Shown here: positions 1 through 11,882 of the stretch, one piece after another | How positions within the stretch are numbered: position 1 is the stretch's first letter | Layout of the letters: each line of letters starts with the position of its first letter | Origin: Azolla caroliniana | Taxonomy: Eukaryota > Plantae > Polypodiophyta | Assembly: GCA_043228905.1 (NCBI GenBank) | Contig: JBHGNT010000005.1 | Location: forward strand, 21,824,001 to 21,888,000 | DNA length: 64,000 nt | Reading direction: 5' to 3' | The notes under the pieces: model-generated | Databases searched by the model: none | Told to the model about the DNA's origin: nothing | The model's input: the letters and a program-made list of their open reading frames with translations, nothing else | Position numbers and translations under genes: made by a program

Positions 1-3000
1 ATTGCGCAAGGGCGCAAAGATGGGAGGATGTTTATCCTCAACACCAATGACGTCGGCACCGCACTGTTCGCCAAAGGACAGAAGGTCGAGTCGGATATCG
101 ACCTGTGGCATAAGCGGATCAGCCACGTCAACTGCCGGAGGCTTCAAGACCTGCAAACAGAACAAGTCATTTTCGGTTTGCCGAAGTTTAGCGGCTAGAG
201 AGCCCAGATTTGTGAAGCCTGCCAACTCGGGAAGCAATACCGGCTTCCATTCCCCACCGAAAGAAATCGAAGTCGTAACAAGCTCGATCTTATCCATTCG
301 GATGTGTGGGGACCGACACAAAATGTTAGCATTGGCAGGAGTCGATATTTCGTCTCCTTCATCGACGACTACACGCAGCATACGTGGATCTACCTCATTG
401 AGCGGAAGAGCGAAGTCTTCGAGTATTTCCGGAGCCTCCAGAAGATGGTGGAACGGGAATCAGAGAAGAAGATCAAATGCCTACGGTCGGATGGCGGAAA
501 AGAGTACTTTTCCAGCCAATTCAACAACTATCTGCAACAAAAAGGAATTCGGCGAGAATTCAGCTGTAGATACACACCGCAACAGAACGGTGTGGCCGAA
601 AGGAAGAATCGGTCGCTAATTGACGCGGCTAGGGCAATGCTGGAGGAAAAGAGCATGCCCAAGTTCTACTGGGCGGAGGCGGTCCAAACGGCCGTTTACA
701 TCCAGAACCGGATCGGGGACAAGGTGTCAGCTCACGAGCTGTATTTCGGGCGCAAGCCAAATTTGAGACACCTCCGGATATTCGGCAGCATAGCCTATGT
801 ACATGTGCCGGATGAGAAGCAGAGAAAGCTGGATGCAAAATCGGAAAAATGCATCCTAGTCGGCTATGCTCAAGAGCAAAAGGGGTATAAGTGTTATAAC
901 CCCCGGACCAAGCAGGTCCGAGTCAGCCGAGATGTCGAGTTTGATGAATCGGCATCGTGGTATTCCTTATCGACTCCGACTTCCGATTCCGACTCGATGT
1001 CGGAGGATGGGGCTAGTGAGCCTGAACCGGCCCAGGTAGAGTCTGGAATCGTTCCGGTTAAGCGGACCGAATGAGAGACTAGATCAGTCCAACCGGTCGG
1101 ATGATGAGACGACGAGTAGTGGAGACTCTGTCGTGCTCTCCCCGTGCAAGGAACCGAGGAGACGGTTCACACGCAAAGAGAAAGGGAAGCAGAAGATGCT
1201 GGAATTCGAGACCGGTAATGAGGAGTCGGATCGATGCGTATCTGACTTCGGCAAGGACATAGGCAGATCTTCGGGAACGAAGACCGAACCGGCCAAGAAG
1301 GGTCTCATACCGGGTAACGGTGAGTTACGCTGGTCCACCCGCCAGAAGGATCCCGTTAAACGGTACGGGTATAACGAGTACATGGCGCATCATTATGCGT
1401 ACATGACCAAGGTGGCGGAAGTGCGTGAGCCGGAGAGCTACGCAGAAGCGGCAAAGGACGCAAATTGGCGCGCCGCTATGGAGGAAGAAATGCGGGCGTT
1501 GGATGCCAACAGAACTTGGGACCTGGTTGACCCTCCCCGTCACTGTAAACCGATCGGATGCAAGTGGGTGTACAAGATAAAGTACAATGCCGACGGTACA
1601 GTTAACTGGTACAAGGCCCGGTTAGTGGCGAAGGGATATGCGCAGACCCACGGAATCGACTACGACGAGACCTTCGCTCCTGTAGTGAAGATGACGATGG
1701 TTCATGTGGTACTGGCGGTTGCTGCGGCAAGGGGGTGGCACCTTCATCAGATGGATGTGAAGAATGCCTTCCTTCAAGGAGATCTTGAAGAAGAAGTCGG
1801 AGGTGAACAAGTCGGCGGTATGCCGACTGAGGAAGTCGTTGTACGGCTTGAAGCAAGCCCCCCGTGCTTGGAATGCTAAGATCACACACCGGTTGCGAAA
1901 GATGGGGTTTGTTGCCTCTAAGTCAAACTCTTCCCTGTTCATCCGTCAAGACTCAAATGGTCCGGTATGTATCTTACTCTATGTTGATGATTTAGTCATC
2001 ACCGGCCCAGGTCTTCCGGAAATCAACCGCGTCAAGTCCTAGTTGTCGGACGCATTCGATATGAAGGACTTGGGGGACCTTCATTATTTTTTGGGGATCG
2101 AGGTGATCTGCACCCCCGACGGTATATTGCTTTCTCAACGCCATTATGTGTTGAATATACTGTACAAGTTCGGCATGACGGAATGTCGACCTGTCTCCAC
2201 ACCCCTGGACCGGAATCAGAAGATCCGTCCCAACTCCAAACCAGCCTGCGATGAGAAACGGTTCCGACAAATAGTTGGAAGCTTGATCTACTTGACCATC
2301 ACCCGACCCGACATTAGCTATCCGGTCGGAGTGGTAAGCCAATTCATGCAGAAGCCGACCGTGGAGCATCTTCAATGCGCACAACGAATACTGAGGTATG
2401 TAAGCGGCACTAAGGACCGGGGGCTCTTATACCGGCAAGGTATAACTGAAGAGCTTGTCAGCTACACGGATGCCGACTGGGCTGGCGACGCAACGGATCT
2501 TCGCTCAACTTCTGGCTTTATGTTTTCTCTTGGGAGCGCGGCTGTTGCGTGGAGCAGCAAAAAGCAGGCAACAATGGCTCTATCCAGCACTGAGGCTGAA
2601 TACCGGGGCGCGACCATTGCCACCTGCGAAGCCATTTGGCTTCGGCGACTACTGCAAGACCTGCGGATCGAGGTACCAACCCCGATCCTGATCTACTGCG
2701 ATAACCTCAGCAGCATGCAATTGGCCAAGAACCCTGTGTTCCATGCTCGCACAAAGCACATAGAAGTGCATTATTACTTCGTGTGTGAGCGGGTCCTGAG
2801 CAGTGAAGTTGAACTACGGTATGTTCACACGGATCGACAAGTTGCCGACATCTTCACCAAGCTGCTTAGGTCGGACAAGTTGCAACACTTTACCGAAATG
2901 CTTGGTGTTCAGCATCTCGACGTGCCGCACTTGAGGGGGAGACGCAAAGGCAAAGACACTACCGAAACGGGCAAAGGCAAAAAAACTGTTGAACCCGTAG

Positions 3001-3906
3001 GTAGGAGAAGATCCGGTAGAGGTGGAGACAAGAAGAAAAATGAAGCCGAGTCGACGAAGGAAGTCGGCACATCCGAACAAGTCGGTGAACTGGCTGAAGA
3101 AGCCAAGGGAAGCACGGAGAAGGCCAAGACCCGGACGTGGTCCGATGTGGTGAGAGGCCTGAAGCCGAAAATCGAATCGGAGGATACCGATTCGGACAAG
3201 AGCTGGAATGAGTCGAAGACAGCCGATTCGGATCAACAGATGGATCCGGATGAGTTGGATCAACGAGAGGCCAAGGAGACACAGACGCAGCGGAAGTCGA
3301 TGCCATCGCGGTGGAACGGACGGATCAGCAAGCACCGAAGTCATAGCAGCGAAGGAGCTGAGATGGGCCTATTGAGCAGACATGCCGAAGGTCGAGGCGT
3401 GCAGAACCAAAGGGGTTGCGGCAAACGGGACTGGACCGGACAAGGAGCGCGAGCAAGGCGAAGCAACGCCAGGAGAAGTCGGTTGGAAGAACCGGCTGCA
3501 CAGAGGTTGACACTACGACCCTACCTCAGGTTGAGCTTGAGGGGGGGTGTTGAGCAGCAAGCTCAATCGGAGCCGGATCGGCTGAATAAGCCTGAGCCGG
3601 TAAGTGAGATGAATCAGTATGCCGGTGAGCAACCGAGCCGGTAAGCAGTAAGGACCGGTGAGCTGGGTAGTCGGTATGCCGGATCCAATCCGTAACCGGA
3701 AGCCTAGTATAGGTTAGACTACTAGGCAGTTATAGTCTCGTAGTTAGTGTCAGATGCTTGTGTGAGCATTGAAGTACACCGTACTTGTAACAGTCCCGTA
3801 TGGACTTGTATAAATAGTGCTGATGAGCGCGTTGTAGATACAGAGCACAGAGTATTCATATAATTTTGAAAAACAGGTTGTCTTGCTCTCTCTCTGTCTC
3901 TCCCGC

Positions 3907-3942
<36 letters not shown>

Positions 3943-3977
3943 GTTCTTTCTAACGCTTCTGCAAGCAATCTTTCACA
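1..3977 (+). mobile_element. Ty1/copia LTR retrotransposon (copia-1), 5' part outside window, mildly decayed
   Basis: Copia domain order: integrase (FIDDY, LRSDGGKEY, PQQNGVAERKN; 304-1074), RT ([28 protein letters not shown]; ~1450-2400), RNase H ([25 protein letters not shown]; ~2460-2900). Frameshifting deletion near 1795, TAG at 2040-2042. PPT 3537-3547, then 3' LTR. Confidence 0.95.
3548..3977 (+). repeat. 3' LTR of copia-1
   Basis: Starts TGTTG directly after PPT TTGAGGGGGGG. Contains a TATAAATA box (~3809) and a (TC)n tract. Ends ...TTTCACA, where host gag-like coding sequence resumes. Right end inferred without the 5' LTR. Confidence 0.75.
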
Positions 3978-5003
3978 AAAGGCAACTCCGATCGACAAGA
4001 CGCTACGAACGTTGTCGCATTATTACGCATGTGCGTGTGAAAGGGGCGGGACCACGGGGGTCTCGGACGAGGGAGAAAAGGGATGCCAATAAAACTGACA
4101 CCGGACACGACCCGGATGCAACTGAACACGGGTCGTCTCATGGTCTCTTCGTCGACCTTCTCACGGGCCACTTCCATCCATCTTCATTGGCAGCATGCCA
4201 TGACTCCTTGATACAGTCATCCATCTCCTCGGTCTCACATGGGCGCAAGGGCCCGAATGTTGAGTTCTCCGGAATCGGTCCCAAGGGCTCTTGTTCGTTC
4301 CTTCCCCGTATTGTCTCGCCAGTGATTCTCGGTCTCACGCCACCGCCTTCCTCCCCTTGGGACTCACGTGGGCACTCGGGCTCGAATGCCATTGTCTCGG
4401 GAGCAAGTGTGGGAAGACGCGAAGAATCGCCCGTCCGTTTTTCGCCCTTGTCCATAGGCACCAGCTCCTCGTGGTCGGTGGTTGTCCCCTTACGGATCGC
4501 GCAAGCCCCGCCTGGGCTTGCTTCTCCAATGTCCGGAGTTTCGGGTTGACGTGCCTGAAACCGCCGGTCCCAACGTTCCGATTCTGTGATCGGTATCCCG
4601 GCCTTGTCCTCGACCGCTCTATCTCCGCAATCCGAGAGGGCGTTTTGTTCCGCACCCTCTCCCGTGGCACTGTCGTACCGATCTTCTGCCATCTCGTGGG
4701 GCAAGTTTGTCTCCTCGGCGTTGGCTCGTAGCCTCGATCTTTCCTCTTCCTCGAGCATTGCCTCGAGAGCTGCGTACGCCTCCGCAATCTTGGCCCCGAA
4801 GCCGAGCCTTGCCGACTCTCTTTGCCGTTCGACCTCTTCCCGCTGTGATGGCGCGCAGTCGCGCGCCTTCCTCCTCGCCTTCTCGGCCCGCTCGTCATCT
4901 TGCCGTTGGCATACCCTTCCGACCTTCGACCAATCCTCCGTAAGGCCATTCGCTCCGTCCTCGTCTTCGAGCTCAATCCCGATGGCCTCCCGTTCTACCC
5001 GAC

Positions 5004-5468
5004 TTAACGAACAACAGGACTTTGTCCGCCCCCACCAAACCTTGTTCCCGCTCCGGGAGCCGAGCAAGCCTTCGTTGCGCCCCGGTGGGTCTTCGCCGAT
5101 GCCACCCACTGGTCGAAGTCGTGTCGTCCCCGGCTCTTCCGCCGTCCTCCATATGCCTGCAGGAGCGCCTCTTCGAAGGCCTCCCACGAACTATGAGCTT
5201 CTCGGACCTCCTTCACTTCCACGTGCATGCGGACGACGACGACCCGACAGAAGAACCCTAGCCTCAACACCTCTTCTACGCCTCGCTCCTCCATTTCCGC
5301 GTTGTAGGCTTCCAAGTAGAATGGGACTTTGTCCTTGTTGAAACGACCGACTCTTTCGACCACTCGCTCAACAGCTTGTTGCGTCGTTTCCCTTCTTGTT
5401 GTTGCTCGTCCAAACTCCCTCACTGCTTCGACAAAAAGTTGTTTGAAGTCGTCTTCTTCCAACTCCAT
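5004..5468 (-). pseudogene. Gag (capsid)-like N-terminal ORF of the Trp-primed element
   Basis: ATG 16 nt after the PBS. VGRFNKDKVPFYLEAY...FFCRV...WEAFEEALLQAYG resembles retrotransposon capsid helices. Coding likely continues in the 4138-5187 frame after a frameshift. Confidence 0.6.
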
Positions 5469-5483
5469 TCTCCCTTGCTGCCT

Positions 5484-5501
5484 TTCACGTCGGGTTCACC
5501 A
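5484..5501 (-). promoter_or_regulatory. Primer binding site complementary to tRNA-Trp 3' end
   Basis: Minus strand TGGTGAACCCGACGTGAA lies 4 nt inside the LTR. It is complementary to ...TTCACGTCGGGTTCACCA, the plant cytosolic tRNA-Trp 3' end (recalled from memory). Confidence 0.85.
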
Positions 5502-8500
5502 AATATGTCGCGTTATTACGCGCGTGCATGTGAAAGGGGCGAGACCACGGGGGTCTCGGACGAGGGAGAAAAGGGATGCCAAGAAAACTGACACCGGACA
5601 TGACCCAGATGCAACTGAACACGACAGTGAGAGAGAGAGAGAAGAGGGAGAGCATGCGCGTGACACCGACTCTTATGCTCAGGGAGGAATGGGTTGTGCT
5701 CCCGACACCACCAAATACACCAACATGCACAACAGATATGAGGATGTATATTACAAGTGAAACAATACAACCCCAGCTTCGAGTCAGACCAAGGTAGGTT
5801 ACAACCATAGTCAGCTGCTAAGCCGCCGGTCGAGGAGCTCACGGCTCGTCGCGCCGAGCGAGGTCTTGCACAGGAGACCGAGCAGAAGCAAACCCTAAAC
5901 AAAACACGAACTCTCAACCCTCACGACGAGGAAGAAGGAGAAGAAAAAAAAAAGAAACTACCAAGTTAAAACCGCCTAACCCTAATCTAACGGTATACCC
6001 CCTAACACAAAATGGGCAACCCCATACAAGAGACCCCTCCCTTCCTTTTATAGCCCAAGGAGGGAGAAATGTTACAATGTGGGATAAATCTCATATTACA
6101 TGGGATCCTCTGTCCCAACTTTATTGCCTATTCGGCGCCACAAAGGCAACCCCTAGCCCCTATGCTAATTTTGTACAAGGGTGGGTGCACATGGTGCACC
6201 TTGCCGATCCTTCCAACATTCTCCGATTTCTCACTGTGGCCCAAAATCTTCACGACAACGCGCGAGGCAGAGCATTAGGCAGAAGAGGGAGCTATCATGC
6301 CGGACTGGGCCGACATACTAACTCCGCCCAATGTAGATAATGTGGCAAGCGTGGCCACTATGAGGCAGAGTGTCACAAAAAGAAGAGTGAATCGGCCTCC
6401 ACAAGTCGACAACTCACCAACCATGCCTCAAACTCTAACTACGATGATTGTGGCAGAATGTTTGTGATGAGGCACAGAGTGAACTCTATGATAGCCTCCA
6501 ACCCGACCAACACCTCCAACTCAAAAGATGTATGGTTTGTCAACTCGGGCGCATCCAACCACATGACATCTCATGAGGATGGTTCTAAGATCTACGAAAG
6601 CCCGAACGACTCAGTTATGTGAAAACAGGGGATGACACAATTCACCCTATTCAACATGTCAGCAATGTCTCATTCGGGGAAGAAGGCAACCAAACCTACA
6701 TCAAGAACGTCTTGCATGTTCCAACAATAACAAAGAACTTGGACTTGGTTGGCCAAATTGTGGAACAAGGCATGCAAGTTCGCTTCAACTGCAGAGGGTG
6801 CTTTATTGAAAAAGAAGGTCAACTCATTGCCTATGGTCAAAGGGAAGGCCGAATGTTCATTCTCAATTTGCACGAGATGAAATCGACATGTTTGCAAAAG
6901 GTACCAAAGCCAACACCAACATAGAGTAGTGGCACAAAAGGATTGGCCACATCAATCTCCAAAAGCTCAAAGGAATGCAATTGAAAGGAGTCGTCACCGA
7001 ACTCCCGACCTTCACCGAAAAGGAGATTGCGGGCATGTGCAAAGGTTGCCAATTCGACAAATAACACCGACAACCATTCCCAAAGGAAAGGAACATAAGC
7101 AAAGGGATCTTGGATATAATACATTCAGATGTATGGGGACCAACCTAGACTTTCGGTGGTTGCAGGTACTATGTAACATTCATCGACGACTTCTCCAAAC
7201 ATACCTGAATTTATCCCATGTGCCAAAAGAGTGAATTGTTCTCGCATTTCCAGAAATTCAAGAAAGAAGTCAAATAGGTAATCAATCTTCATGTACGATG
7301 CCTTCGATCGGACGGCGGCAAAGAGTACTTCTCCAACGTGTTTACAACATACCTTCGACAAGAAAGAATTCGACGAGAGTTTACTTGCCAACACACACCT
7401 AAGCAGAATGGAGTAGCCAAACGCAATAACCAACACATACTCAAGGTGGCAAGGGCAATGATGAACGAGAAACATCTGTCAAAGTCATATTGGGTTGGAG
7501 TGATGAATACAAACATATATCTGATGAATCACTGCACAACATCAGGAGAGCACAATGTTACCCCTCATGAGAGGTTCTATGGGAAGAAACCAGATCTATC
7601 CCACATCAAGATCTTTGGTTCAATAGCATATGTACATATTCCTGATGAGAAGCGGTAGAAGCTCGATCCTAAGTCAGAAAAATGTATCCTTGTAGGGTAC
7701 TTCAACCCCTCTACCAAGAAGGCAAGAGTGAGTAGGGATGTTGTCTTCGATGAGTTGGCATCTTGGTACACAGTCGACTCAACTCCATCCAACCCAGTTG
7801 AAACCGAGTTCAACACATATGCGGAGGAGGATGATCGACTGAGGCTCACATCAGAGGTAAGTTCAATCTCAACCAAGTTGAGTGAACCACAAGAGCCTCC
7901 AAGCGACCAAAGCACGTTGCGGCCAAGTCCCAAGACGGACACCAAATGTAAGGCCATAATGCCTGAGTACGAAGACTCAGATGGAAATGAATTGACTCAC
8001 TCACTTGACATTGAGTATGGTGGACTGGATGTGCCCATCATGAGGACACCCGAAGTATCATGTCGCTCCACCTAAGAGAATAATGTACTCAGCCGATTCT
8101 GCTACCATGACTACATAGCATATCATTATGCATTCATGATGAAGGTGGCGACAATCCAAGAGCCAAAACCTTTTCCGAAGCCGCTAAAGACCCACGATGG
8201 GTTGAAGCGATGAATGAGGAGATGCAAGTACTCTCAAAGAACGAGGCATGGGATCTTGTTCCTTCTTCACACCACAAAAAGGCAATTGAATGCCGATGGA
8301 TCTTCAAAGTGAAGCACAACGCCAATGTCACTGTTAATCGGTACAAGGGCCAGCTTGTGGTGAAGGGCTACGCGTAGACGCACAATGTCGATTATGAAGA
8401 GACCTTTGCCCCCGTGGCAAAGATGAGTACCATTCGAACCGTGATCGCACTACAACAACCAAGGGGTGGTACTTCCACCAAATGGACGTCAAAAACGCCT

Positions 8501-9805
8501 TTCTCCAAGGCGAATTAGATGAGGAGGTGTACATGGTACAACCATTAGGCTTCAAGTCAAGCACACACCCGCAAGCGGTATGTCAACTGAAAAAACCTCT
8601 CTACGGCCTTAAGCATGCACTGAGAGCATGGATTCGAAGATAAGTCAGTATCTTCATCAAATCGGCTTCAACATGTCCAAGTCCAATAACTCTCTGTTCA
8701 TCCAAAGCAACTCCAGGGGACGGACATTTATCATCATTTATGTGGATGACTTGGTCATACGAGGAGAGCACTCAACAAACATTGAGCAGATCAAGAAGCT
8801 CCGCTCCAACCGATTCGAAATGAAAGACATGAAGGAAATCCATTACTTTCTAGAAATAGAAGTAATTCAGACTCCTGATGGCATCATGCTTTCTCAATGG
8901 CACTATATCCTCAATATTCTCTACAAGTTTGGGATGACACAATGTAAGCCCATCACTACCCCTCTCGATTGCAACCTAAAGCTAGATGTTGACTCAGGCA
9001 CAAGAGAGTGTGAGTCGACGCTCTATCATCAGCTAGGCGGAAGCCTCATCTACCTCACAATTACCCAACCCGACCTGAGTTACCTAGTCGGCCTCCTAAG
9101 CCACTTCGTGCAAACTCTGTGAGACATCCATCTCGATTATGTTAAGCGAGTGCTAAGGTATGTGAGTGGAACCATGGATTTCAGCATCTTCTACAAATCA
9201 GTCACACCGATATGACTCGAAGGGTACACATATGCCGATTAGGCCTGCTACAAAGTCGACAGACAATCAACCTTAGGGTTCATCTTCTCCCTCGGTAGTG
9301 GAGCCATATCCTGGAGCAACAAAAAGCAATCGACAGTCGCATTGTCGAGCACGGGCACGACAATTGTCGTATGTGAAGCCGTTTGGCTGAAACGGATATT
9401 GAAGGATTTGGGCATTTCCATATAAGATCCGATTCTCCTCTACTGCAATAATATGAGTAGTATTCACCTAGCTCGGAACCCAGTTTTTTATGCTCGGACC
9501 AAGCACATCGAAGTGCACTATCACTTCATTCGAGAGCGTGTTCTGGCCGGGGAGGTTGACTTGCAATACATCAACACGAACGTGCAAACGACCGACATCT
9601 TCACCAAGGCCATGGGGATTGACAAGCTACGACAATTCACGACGAGCCTAGGTCTTTCAACCGTTGACCAACCGAGCTCGAGGGGGAGTAAGGAGCAACA
9701 GGAATGAACCGGCCATCCAACGCCGAAGTTGGTCAACTCAAAGCTGACCCGAAGACCTTTTCCGAACCAACGATTTGGCAACCAGAAGTTGTGTTTGAAG
9801 GGGTG

Positions 9806-10094
9806 TGTTGAGAATCAAACTCAACTTCCTGTGTGTGGGAATACACTCTAGGACACTCAAGTGTGTGAACACCCCACCTCATTGTATAGTAACTAGTGTG
9901 TCATAGACGTTAATATCCTATGACACATATTCTTTAAGTAGTTAAGGCTCGACCCCTTTCTCAAGGGCCCGTTTCAGTGAGAGAACTTAGAGAGAAGGTG
10001 ACTACATAAGTACCTTCTCCTTCTCTTTGTAACCGTTGGCTCATTCTTGCTAGTGTTAATACAATTTTCTATTTTTCTTTATTTTTTCTTGTGT

Positions 10095-10164
<70 letters not shown>

Positions 10165-10223
10165 ATATCTCTTATGTTGCATAAAATTATCACCTATTCT
10201 TTGCAACATTCAAACATTAAACA
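9806..10223 (+). repeat. 3' LTR of copia-2
   Basis: TGTTG after PPT; contains a (TC)n(AC)n microsatellite. End ambiguous among ...ACA at 10208, 10216 and 10223. Confidence 0.6.
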
Positions 10224-11882
10224 TGTTCAATATATGCACATCCATTTTGCGAAAAAAGAATTATTTTTTATGAGCCCAGTAGGCAATGCATTGCTTTGTG
10301 ATGGATTTTAATTCATCGAGTCCAATTTATAGCATTTGGAGCCAAGTATATTACATTACAATATTTAGAAAGTTGGTTGGTTGGTTGGCATGAAAACATA
10401 TCGATTAGCTACTTGGCATGAATTTGGATATGTCGTGCATGTAAAAACAAAATCATCGAACATGTCACACTCGATATTATAGCTTTCATATCATATATCT
10501 ATGTAGTGCTTATGAAGCCAAGGTAATTTACTCTTATTGAGTTTGAGCTATGTGAGACCCACCGCTTCCCAATGTTGACCTACTCTACCTCCATGCTCCC
10601 CATAACATAGATGCAATGAATATGTGATACAAAATCGAAGCAATAAATCACAAATATATTCATTCGACAAATGATTTGTCACGGATAAGTTGGATGAGTG
10701 AGAGGTCGAAAATAGCATGCAAAGACGCATTCATCCTTCGGCACATTCAACCTTTGGGATAAATTCAATATTCAGGTGTTGCACAACGTGCGACAAAACT
10801 TTTGATTTTATGAGCATGAAACTCGAGTTCCCAATACTTATGCCACTCTATAGTTGGCCTATATGCTTGCCATGACTTTCTCAACCACACATACAATCAA
10901 CATGAACAATATTACAATGACAACATCATACACAACCCATTGTCCTTAATCTCATGTGGTTCTGCTTAGCATATTAACTTGCGTATGCAGAATCTTCTCG
11001 TTGCAAGCCGTCGTCGTCTATAAGCCAATTCAACTCTTGCGAGGCCATAAAATCGCCTCGCATCGACAGATCAAAGCGAGAGGACATGTGAACTCTACAA
11101 CACGATATCCAAGTGTTTGGGACAGTGCTTGCGAGGCCATAAAAGCGTGAACCAGAGTGTCAACGCACTTTCGAATATATGGGGGGTGGGGGGGGGGGGG
11201 GGGGGCAACGCTTGGCGTAGGAAAAGTTGTCGCCTCGCATTAGGTAGGGGGTCGAGAGCGAGAGGATGGCATGTGAGCTCTCTACGACAATATATTTGAC
11301 AGGATCGGAGCAAAGCCTGCTGCAAGTATGGAAACATGCAAAAGGTCGTACCATGGGCATCTCTTTTGGTCTGGCCGCCCATCCACTTGTTTGTCTATCG
11401 GTCCGCCCATCCATCAGTGAGTTTGGCTGGCTATCCACCCGTCCATCTATCTGCTCATCCACTCGTCCGTCTAGCTGTCTGCCCATCGGCCCATCGGCCG
11501 GTCCGACTGGCCATTCACTCGCCGGGCCCATGTCCATTGGGTGGGTGGGTGGTATGAAGCCCCACCTCAGCCAACGCAGATCTAGGTCATAAATATGTAC
11601 TATTACTATTACCATCTCTTACCTACTCCTATTCTGCTGAGTTATTGCTCATAAAAAGTATTCAGTAGATCAGAGACTTGAATTCCTCTTTTCTGGAGCT
11701 GGTACATTCAATTCCCAACTGCAGGGTTTGGATTGGAGCTTCTGGGCTATGGCGGTGGTGGTGATGGTGGCTCAGAGACAGTGTGGAAAAGAATAGACAG
11801 GCCGCTGCGATAACTGGATCTTAATTCTACTGCCAAAGGAGAAGGTAAGCAAGAAAGCTCTCGAAGAGGCGACTGAAAAGCC

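Larger units (their letters stand above)
4013..6257 (-). mobile_element. Internally deleted LTR retrotransposon (Ty3/gypsy-like gag, no pol)
   Basis: 5' LTR 5506-6257 with inverted termini TGTCGCG...CACGACA. 4013-4130 is a 118-bp remnant of the other LTR (8 mismatches vs 5506-5623). PBS 5484-5501. Gag-like ORF starts at 5468, frameshifted, and runs to ~4138. Flanks ACGT/ACGC. Confidence 0.85.
3978..10223 (+). mobile_element. Older degenerate Ty1/copia element (copia-2), interrupted in gag by two insertions
   Basis: Zinc knuckle C-R-*-C-G-K-R-G-H-Y-E-A-E-C (~6331-6375), protease WFVNSGASNHM (~6532-6565), integrase ~7100-7700, RT ~8230-9120 (YVDDL), RNase H ~9220-9650. Many stops and frameshifts. 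PPT 9795-9805, LTR from 9806. 3978-4012 is an isolated gag fragment. Confidence 0.9.

Noticed and set aside
2941-3644. env-like gene in copia-1
   Set aside because: It is in frame with pol, hydrophilic throughout, and has no transmembrane or signal segment. Kept only as a pol extension.
3866-5760. Long plus-strand ORFs across the Trp-primed element
   Set aside because: Antisense shadows of a GC-rich gag-like region and LTR, with no recognisable motifs.
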